A stretch of DNA of 64,000 nt from Fidelibacterota bacterium (GTDB taxonomy: Bacteria > Fidelibacterota > UBA8477 > JABMPR01). Below are positions 28,585 through 36,036 of this stretch, piece after piece. The notes beneath the pieces are model-generated. The model was not told where the DNA came from. It did not search any database and saw nothing but the letters and a program-made list of their open reading frames with translations. The stretch is from the NCBI GenBank assembly GCA_016784025.1, contig JADHVL010000006.1, positions 13,859 to 77,858 on the forward strand. Direction: 5' to 3'. Made by a program: the position numbers and the translations under genes. The stretch's first letter is position 1; every line of letters begins with the position of its first letter.

Positions 28585-31500
28585 ATGAGAAAAGCGAGTC
28601 TATTCCTTATCATGTTAGTCCTGGCATCCACTACCATGGCAGCAACCACCGGCAAAATTTCTGGAGAGGTGGTTGAGCAGACCACCGGTGAAGCCATGAT
28701 CGGCGTCAATATCATTGTTGAAGGAACCAGCCTTGGGGCGGTTACTGATATTACTGGTTATTACGTCATACTTAATGTTCCACCAGGATATCAAACTTTA
28801 AAAGCGACCATGATTGGCTATTCACAATACACCATTGAAGATATCCGCGTAGAAATAGATCGAACTCAAACCGTTAATATTGAAATGGCAGAACAGGTAC
28901 TTGAAGGTGAATCAGTTGTGATCGTCGCTGAACGCAAAGTAATAAAGATGGATGTGGCTGCCAGCCAGCGCAGTGTTACAGCTGAGGGGATAGAGGAGTT
29001 GCCAGTCACTAGTATTTCCGAAGTATTGACCCTTCAGGCTGGAGTGAGTGGTTTTTCTGTCAGGGGTGGTGGAACTGAAGAAACAGCTCTCATGATTGAT
29101 GGGATTGAGTTGAAAGATGAGAGAACCAATAAACCAATCACAGGCATTCCACTTAGCTCGGTACAAGAAATTTCGGTTCAAACCGGTGGCTTTAGTGCTG
29201 AATATGGAAACGTTCGATCTGGTGTGGTGAATGTAGTAACCAAGGACGGAAGTGGTGGTTACAGTGGAACCCTGACTATCAAGCATAGCGCCGCAGAACC
29301 AAAGCATTTCGGTATATCACCCTATGATGAAGACTCGTTCTATATGAGGCCCTATCTTGATGATGCCGTAGCCTGGACCGGTACTGAGGTTGGTGAAACC
29401 TATACTGACGCCAATAACAATGGATATTGGGATGAAGGCGAAACCTTTACCGATTTTAACGAAGATGGAGCATACACGGTCTGGGATAAATACACCCAAC
29501 GTCAATATCCTTCATTTGTGGGCTGGAATGCAGTTTCAGAAGCCACGCTGGCAAATGATGATCCCTCAGACGATTTAACACCCTCAGCGGCAAAAAGATT
29601 ATTTGAATGGCAGTATCGCAAACCTGGAAATATTGTCAATCCTGATATAAACATTGATGGTGGTTTTGGGGGACCAGTTCCAGTTATCGGTGAGGACCTG
29701 GGCAATTTGAGATTTTTTCTTTCCTATAGACAGGAGAACAGTGAATACCTCTATCCTGTCTCTGAAAGCGGAACCCTGTCCAGGACGACCTTGCTGAGAC
29801 TGACTTCTGATGTGGACAAAACCAAAAAATTAAACTTTACCTATATGGCTGGAAATCTTACTGCTACCACCTCATCCAGAGGTGGACTAACCAGTTATAT
29901 GTCCTCAGTATGGGATCTGGCATCACAGGTCAACCGTTCGGGTTTCACCATGCCCTGGAGATTGTACTCCAATGAATACTGGGCACCTACAGCCGTTTCA
30001 CATGCAACCTATTCTGCAAAATTCACGCACTTGCTCAGCTCTTCCTCCTATTATGAGATCATAGCAAAACACATAAAGAAACAATATGATACAGCTCCAG
30101 GTCCTGAGAGAAATCTAGACAAAGTCTATGAGATATTTGATGGTTATTTTGTGGATGAAGGTCCAGTAGGCTTCTATGGTACTCCTGTTAGTACTATCGA
30201 TGGTAATATGAATATGGGTGGTGCAGTAAGTACCTCCCGAGATCAGTCTGTGGTAAAAACCACTGCCATTAGTGGAGACTATGTAAATCAAGTAAACCAG
30301 AACAACCAAATCAAGGCTGGATTTGATTTTGTGTATGATGATCTGGAAATGGAATTTGGTTCATTGAACTACTTTTTACCTGAAGGAAATTATTGGTCGC
30401 GGATGTATTACACTCCATATCGATTTACCACCTACCTCCAGGATAAAATGGAGTTTGAGGGTTTTATCGCTTCCCTGGGTCTCAACGCCGAGCTTATCAG
30501 TCCCAATACCTCATGGTACAAGGTTGACCCCTATGATGAAAGTTTTTACTCCTCAAGCTATAGCCAGAGTGCAGAGGACAACTTTGAGAAAGAGGATGTG
30601 AAGACACGCTTTTACCTGAGTCCGCGCTTGGCAATCTCACATCCCATCACCATTAATTCAAAATTGTATTTCAACTATGGTCATTATCGACAAGTCCCAA
30701 CCACTGAAAGTCTATTTAGAGTGCAACGCAAGGTGGTTCTCAATGGCGATCGAGAAATCGAAGATCTCACCCAACTGTCAATTATTGGTGATCCTAATCT
30801 GGATCAAGCCAGGACCATTTCATATGAGTTGGGCTATGACCATGCCTTATTTGATGCCTATCTACTCCATCTTGCTGCTTACTATAAGGATATTACTGAT
30901 CAACAGGACTGGACCCGCTACATCAGTGCCAGCGGTCAGGTGAATTATAGCCACCTCACAGCAAACAGTTATGAGGATATCAGGGGGTTTGAAGCTGATA
31001 TATCCAAAATGGTGGGTGACTGGATTACTGGAAATGTAAACTTTGAATATCGCGTAAATACCTCAGGCTATTTTGGTGTAAAACAATATTATCAAAATCC
31101 CAGCGAGCAGAGGGACTATCTGAAAAACAATTCAGTACAGAGTAAGCCGCGACCGACCCCACGGGTTAAATCAGTGGTGGATTTTCACACTCCTCGCAAC
31201 TTTGGACCTACCATCTTCAGCCAAAAACCACTGGCCGAATGGCATCTTAATGTATTGAGCAGTTGGAGAGCCGGTTCCTGGTTTGAATACAATCCCAGAG
31301 GCATAGAAGGTATTGGTTACAATTTTAGATGGCAGGATTCAAAATCAGTGGATTTGAAGATATCCAAGATTTTCAAGGCAGGAAAAATGAGTATCAAGTT
31401 TTTTGCTGACATCAACAATGCCTTGAATCTTAAAATATTTAGTGGGTATGGTTTTGAAGATATTCATGACTATGACTTCTATTTAGGCTCCCTATTGCTT

Positions 31501-31851
31501 CCTCAAGACAAATTAGATGCCATCGGTGAACCCGTTTTCCCTGGTATTGAGCACAATGATAATCCAGGTGATGTGAGACCAGACGATGTCGCCTTTGTAC
31601 CCATTGAATGGATTGCTGATGTGGATAAGCTGTCTGCCGACGCACGGAGTGAGCGTGGTATTTATTATGATGCAGCCACTGAGACTTACCTGCAATTCAA
31701 TCACGTCGCTGGTTGGGAAGAAGTTGAATCGAGCTTTCTGGATGAAGTGGTTGAGAATAAGGCATATATCGATATGCCCAACCAGGGTTCGTTCATATTT
31801 CTTTCACCCCAGGACATCTTTTTGGGTCTAAATATTTCTTATGATTTCTAG
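28585..31851 (+). CDS. TonB-dependent receptor-like outer-membrane protein 1 (CarboxypepD_reg + Plug + large barrel; Oar/SusC-like architecture)
   Basis: 1088 aa with a signal peptide. 'GKISGEVVEQTTGEAMIGVNIIVEG...TDITGYYVILNVPPGYQTLKATMIGY' is CarboxypepD_reg-like. The TonB-box-like strand is 'ESVVIVAER'. Plug and early barrel: 'VRGGGTEETALMIDG', 'GGFSAEYGNVRSGVVNVVTK'. The C-terminal residue is F. Confidence 0.85.
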   Translation: MRKASLFLIMLVLASTTMAATTGKISGEVVEQTTGEAMIGVNIIVEGTSLGAVTDITGYYVILNVPPGYQTLKATMIGYSQYTIEDIRVEIDRTQTVNIEMAEQVLEGESVVIVAERKVIKMDVAASQRSVTAEGIEELPVTSISEVLTLQAGVSGFSVRGGGTEETALMIDGIELKDERTNKPITGIPLSSVQEISVQTGGFSAEYGNVRSGVVNVVTKDGSGGYSGTLTIKHSAAEPKHFGISPYDEDSFYMRPYLDDAVAWTGTEVGETYTDANNNGYWDEGETFTDFNEDGAYTVWDKYTQRQYPSFVGWNAVSEATLANDDPSDDLTPSAAKRLFEWQYRKPGNIVNPDINIDGGFGGPVPVIGEDLGNLRFFLSYRQENSEYLYPVSESGTLSRTTLLRLTSDVDKTKKLNFTYMAGNLTATTSSRGGLTSYMSSVWDLASQVNRSGFTMPWRLYSNEYWAPTAVSHATYSAKFTHLLSSSSYYEIIAKHIKKQYDTAPGPERNLDKVYEIFDGYFVDEGPVGFYGTPVSTIDGNMNMGGAVSTSRDQSVVKTTAISGDYVNQVNQNNQIKAGFDFVYDDLEMEFGSLNYFLPEGNYWSRMYYTPYRFTTYLQDKMEFEGFIASLGLNAELISPNTSWYKVDPYDESFYSSSYSQSAEDNFEKEDVKTRFYLSPRLAISHPITINSKLYFNYGHYRQVPTTESLFRVQRKVVLNGDREIEDLTQLSIIGDPNLDQARTISYELGYDHALFDAYLLHLAAYYKDITDQQDWTRYISASGQVNYSHLTANSYEDIRGFEADISKMVGDWITGNVNFEYRVNTSGYFGVKQYYQNPSEQRDYLKNNSVQSKPRPTPRVKSVVDFHTPRNFGPTIFSQKPLAEWHLNVLSSWRAGSWFEYNPRGIEGIGYNFRWQDSKSVDLKISKIFKAGKMSIKFFADINNALNLKIFSGYGFEDIHDYDFYLGSLLLPQDKLDAIGEPVFPGIEHNDNPGDVRPDDVAFVPIEWIADVDKLSADARSERGIYYDAATETYLQFNHVAGWEEVESSFLDEVVENKAYIDMPNQGSFIFLSPQDIFLGLNISYDF

Positions 31852-31865
31852 AAGAATGCAGATGC

Positions 31866-33971
31866 ATGAATAAGGACAATAAATTTATGATGGCTAATAA
31901 AATGAGAAGTAAGATTTATTGGAGGGCGCTTGGCATACTGGTCGGGATCGGTCTACTGGTAAATATTATATCTGCCGCCGAAAGCAAGTGGATTGCTGTA
32001 GGTAATTTGCATAACTGGTATTCTGAAGAGGGTAGCGAGGTTGAAGTTGGTCGTACTGGTCAAATACGGGATCAACAGGATGGTCTCCGTTGGCCGGCAC
32101 AATATAGCTTTCAAGATGCTCAAGCCGCCAAAGGCTTGTGGATTGGTACCACCAATTTTTTCGATTACCAGGTAAACAATGAATTTGATTTTAAAGTGGC
32201 TCATGTGGGTCCCCGTGGTCCAGTGGATGGTAAAACTGAGATCATGACCCAAACCTTTAAGATGTACGGTAAATATGATCATCCCGCAGTGTTTGTGGAT
32301 GGTGATCCAGCCAGTACGCTACAGTATCTGGATATTGTAGATAGTGTCGACGCTGCCATGATCGAGGATCGCAAAATCGTAAATATTATCAATACCTCCA
32401 CTGGTATAACAATGACACGGACCATTCGGGGATTCTCAAATCAAAATCATGATAACTACCATGTCTTTGATTATGTCTTTGAGAATACCGGTATTTATAG
32501 TGTAGACGGAAGTTCATTTAGTGAAACACTGACTGGTGTATACTTTGGATTGCAATATCGTTATGCTCCGACAAGGGAAAGTGGTCCCTACGGTGCTGGT
32601 GGATATTGGGCCCCTCAAAATACAGCCTGGGGCGCCAACACTATCAATGAAGTGATTGGAGAGAATCCCGCAGACGATGAAATTCGTGCGCTCTATTCAT
32701 GGCATGGATTGCATTCTCAGGCAGCCGATGGCCATGATAATATTGGTTCTCCATACTATGGTGATGGGGGAGATGGTCACCTCAGTGCTCAGCAATTTGT
32801 GGGAGTAGTCACCATCCATGCTGATAAATCTACTACTGACCAAAGCGATGACTTATATCAACCAACAACTACTTTATACACAGGTTCTGACGAACCCATT
32901 ACCCAAAGCAATGATCAATTCAATCCCGTCAAAATGCAGGCGAGATATAACCATATGGCTGCGGGTCATCCCCCTGAATCACATGCTGAAGCAGTTGGAG
33001 ACAGTTACGCAGACACCTGGGGAACCGATCCAGGTGGTTATTCACAGCTACATGCCTTTGGACCTTATGACATGGCTCCTGGAGAGAAAATCCATATTGT
33101 TCTGGCTGAAGCGGCTGCCGGAATTAGTCGAGATATGTGCTATGAGGTAGGTGGGAACTGGTTCGACGGTAATGTTGCAGTTGGCGACCTTTTAAATCCT
33201 GATGGATCAATCCCAGGTACTAAGGACGAATACAAGAATAAGTGGGTCTTTACTGGTGAGGATTCGCTTTTCCAGACATTTCACCGCGCCATCGATACTT
33301 ATGTTTCAGATTATGCGGTACCAGAACCACCACCACCGCCAGCTGAATTTACCGTGACCTCAGGCGGTGATCAAATTGGCCTCGCATGGGATTCAAACGC
33401 TGAGACCCATCCTGGATTTATGGGTTATAAAGTTTTTAGGGCGATTCACAAACCAGATACGACCTATGAGGAAATATTTTCCTGTGATGTGGATAACCTC
33501 ACCAATGAATTGGCCGATGTAAAAGCGAAGCGTGGTTTTAAATATTTCTACTATGTTGTGTCTTATGACGATGGAAATACGAATCAGGTATCTCCTGGTG
33601 CACCACTTTTCAGCAGCAAATTTTACACGATGACCAATAAGGGAGCCTCCCTTAAACGACCTGCCGGGGATCAACTCAGTCAGATTCGTGTGGTTCCTAA
33701 CCCATTTAATATCAAGTCGAAAAAACTCCAATTCAGTGAGTCTGGGGAAGACCGTCTATATTTTTATGACATCCCGGGTATATGTACCATTCGCATATAT
33801 ACCGAGCGTGGTGAATTGATAAAAACAATTGAACATACTGATAATAGTGGTGATGAGTCCTGGGATTCTATTACCGAATACAGGCAGGTTGTGGTGAGTG
33901 GAATATATATCGCTCATTTTGAAACACCTGATGGTCAATCAACGTTTCGCAAAATTATAATTATTCGCTAA
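31866..33971 (+). CDS. T9SS-CTD partner protein A1 (uncharacterised family; FN3-like module + C-terminal sorting domain)
   Basis: 701 aa with a signal peptide. It is a paralog of 38979-41081 (for example 'ITMTRTIRGFSNQNHDNYHVFDYVFENTG', 'FGPYDMAPGEKIHIVLAE'). The proline hinge 'PEPPPPPAEF' is followed by the FN3-like 'GYKVFRAIHKPDTTYEEI'. CTD: 'IRVVPNPFN...CTIRIYTERGELIKTI...VVVSGIYIAHFETPDGQS'. Confidence 0.7.
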   Translation: MNKDNKFMMANKMRSKIYWRALGILVGIGLLVNIISAAESKWIAVGNLHNWYSEEGSEVEVGRTGQIRDQQDGLRWPAQYSFQDAQAAKGLWIGTTNFFDYQVNNEFDFKVAHVGPRGPVDGKTEIMTQTFKMYGKYDHPAVFVDGDPASTLQYLDIVDSVDAAMIEDRKIVNIINTSTGITMTRTIRGFSNQNHDNYHVFDYVFENTGIYSVDGSSFSETLTGVYFGLQYRYAPTRESGPYGAGGYWAPQNTAWGANTINEVIGENPADDEIRALYSWHGLHSQAADGHDNIGSPYYGDGGDGHLSAQQFVGVVTIHADKSTTDQSDDLYQPTTTLYTGSDEPITQSNDQFNPVKMQARYNHMAAGHPPESHAEAVGDSYADTWGTDPGGYSQLHAFGPYDMAPGEKIHIVLAEAAAGISRDMCYEVGGNWFDGNVAVGDLLNPDGSIPGTKDEYKNKWVFTGEDSLFQTFHRAIDTYVSDYAVPEPPPPPAEFTVTSGGDQIGLAWDSNAETHPGFMGYKVFRAIHKPDTTYEEIFSCDVDNLTNELADVKAKRGFKYFYYVVSYDDGNTNQVSPGAPLFSSKFYTMTNKGASLKRPAGDQLSQIRVVPNPFNIKSKKLQFSESGEDRLYFYDIPGICTIRIYTERGELIKTIEHTDNSGDESWDSITEYRQVVVSGIYIAHFETPDGQSTFRKIIIIR

Positions 33972-33976
33972 AGGAT

Positions 33977-35008
33977 ATGAGTATGAGGAAAAACACTAAT
34001 TCAAAAATTTGGCTAACCAGTAGTTTAGTCATCCTTGCGCTAGCATTTCTGATATCCTGTGAGGATTACCAACCAGTTGAGCCATTAGAAACAAATTATG
34101 ATGATATCGCCTGTGATCGACTCACAGGTAGGTTGGCCGAAGATTTCACGCTTCTGGATATAAATTTTCTGGGACCGCAATGGAGTGATGAGACAGTTGA
34201 CCGGGCCATGGCTGAGAATGAAAGAATCGGCGAGAGTTGGCTGGATGCAGATTCCATCATAACTCCTGATGTATTTGTCTTGCAGACAGAAGCGGGTATC
34301 ACCAGCATCTTTGCTTTTAATTCCTTTTTCTACAATTCTTCAGATGCAGCATTTGATAGTATTGAGATACACTTCCAAACACATCCAGTTGGATCTGCGG
34401 ATTTTAGTGCAGACCCTATTGATACCTTATGGGTACTGGGAAGCGCCGATGAAGATAAATACATAGATTTTGGTGTCGGTCTGGTCCCGGCAGATTCAAT
34501 CTGGGACATCATGATTTCCGGAGCTGCGGTCTCACTGGGAGAGCATACAGAAGTCTATCGATTGCAGGGACTTTCCTTGTTGGATTATTCAGATCTACCA
34601 GCAATGGCATATTTTGCAAGGGACACACTTGGTTTTGCCGTTGCTTATGAATATCTGGAGTCATTGAATAAAGAGTTGGTGGAGTTGAATACCACCTTCA
34701 ACATAATTCTGCCTGATCTACCAGAAATCAAAAATTCCTCCTATTGCCTGTTGGACCTGGAAGAAGCATCTGCAGGGACCTACATTTTCTATGCAGATGA
34801 TTTCTATGCATTTTCGGTCTTTGACACCAGTGGTATTGAGATGGTACCTACCTCAAACACCCTTGATATGGAGACTATCGCTGAATGTCACTTGATTAAA
34901 TCGAGAACAGTCTTCGAGTTTAGCCCCCAAAAATATTTTGTAAAATTTGATCCACAGGAGACTGTTGAAGAAACAGAGTTCCGACTATCCATTCTGAGGG
35001 AGGACTAA
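33977..35008 (+). CDS. Acidic lipoprotein of unknown function
   Basis: 343 aa with signal peptide and lipobox 'AFLISC|EDYQ'. No recognisable domain. It starts 5 nt after the upstream stop. Confidence 0.6.
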   Translation: MSMRKNTNSKIWLTSSLVILALAFLISCEDYQPVEPLETNYDDIACDRLTGRLAEDFTLLDINFLGPQWSDETVDRAMAENERIGESWLDADSIITPDVFVLQTEAGITSIFAFNSFFYNSSDAAFDSIEIHFQTHPVGSADFSADPIDTLWVLGSADEDKYIDFGVGLVPADSIWDIMISGAAVSLGEHTEVYRLQGLSLLDYSDLPAMAYFARDTLGFAVAYEYLESLNKELVELNTTFNIILPDLPEIKNSSYCLLDLEEASAGTYIFYADDFYAFSVFDTSGIEMVPTSNTLDMETIAECHLIKSRTVFEFSPQKYFVKFDPQETVEETEFRLSILRED

Positions 35009-35010
35009 AA

Positions 35011-36018
35011 ATGAGTCTAAGAAATCATTATATGAACATTTTGAGAATCCTGCTCATCCTTCCTCTCCTCAATGGCGGTCTGGCCATGGCTCAGATAAAA
35101 TTGGCTCAGTCTGGTGCTCAATTTTTAAGTGTTGATTCTGATGCCAAGGCCGGAGGTATGGCTGGAGCATTGACCACGGTTGAATCTAATTCTGCTTCAA
35201 TTTTCTTCAATCCGGCGGGAATGGCCAGAATGAATCCCAGCATTGACTTGATGGCCAGTCAGAATCAGTGGTTTGCAGATATCGCCTACAACTCCTTCTC
35301 CGCTGCCTTTAAACCAGGAACCGGTGAATTTGGTGTATTCGGACTGTCCTTTGTTTCAGTTGACTACGGAGAAATTCAGGGAACTCAGCGTTGGGACAAT
35401 GATCTGGGATATAAAGATACTGAGATACTCACACCTTCAGCGTTTGCTGCTGGATTTGGTTATGCCAAGTCTCTCAACGATAAGTTTTCAGTTGGTGCTC
35501 ATGTCAAGTACATCGGTCTTAATTATGGCAAGAGTATTTACCCCGATGATGATGGCAATCCTGATACGGTCAAGTCTCATCTGGCTTTCGCCAATGCTTT
35601 TGATTTTGGAACCATCTATAGGACTGGATGGAAGACGCTGGCTTTTGGTATGTCTGTGAAAAATTTCTCAAATGAAGTGGTTTTCGAAAAGGAAGGCTTT
35701 CAACTACCCCTGACCTTCACACTTGGCATATCAATGGATGCCTTTGAATTGGTGAGAAATGTCATGGGCCAGCAGATCATGTTAGTAAGCCTGGATGTGC
35801 TGCATTATCGCTCACACGCAGAGCAACTCAGAATTGGTTTTGAATACAAACCTATCGATATGCTTGCTCTACGAGCGGGATACATGTCTGCCAATGATGA
35901 GAATGATATTTCATTTGGTCTCGGAATCCAGCAATTCGGTCTTGCCTTTGATTATGCTTATGAGCCCTTCGGGCGCTTAGGCGATGTACAACGGATGACT
36001 GTCAGATTCTCTCTGTAA
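35011..36018 (+). CDS. PorV/PorQ-like outer-membrane beta-barrel (copy 1)
   Basis: 335 aa with a signal peptide. 'SGAQFLSVDSDAKAGGMAGALTTVESNSASIFFNPAGMA' matches the PorV/PorQ N-terminal signature (D-A-R/K-A-x-G-M-G...NPAG). It has alternating beta-strand character and a 'FDYAYEPFGRLGDVQRMTVRFSL' terminus. It is a paralog of 60356-61396. Confidence 0.65.
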   Translation: MSLRNHYMNILRILLILPLLNGGLAMAQIKLAQSGAQFLSVDSDAKAGGMAGALTTVESNSASIFFNPAGMARMNPSIDLMASQNQWFADIAYNSFSAAFKPGTGEFGVFGLSFVSVDYGEIQGTQRWDNDLGYKDTEILTPSAFAAGFGYAKSLNDKFSVGAHVKYIGLNYGKSIYPDDDGNPDTVKSHLAFANAFDFGTIYRTGWKTLAFGMSVKNFSNEVVFEKEGFQLPLTFTLGISMDAFELVRNVMGQQIMLVSLDVLHYRSHAEQLRIGFEYKPIDMLALRAGYMSANDENDISFGLGIQQFGLAFDYAYEPFGRLGDVQRMTVRFSL

Positions 36019-36036
36019 TGTGAGTGGTGGGGAGTA

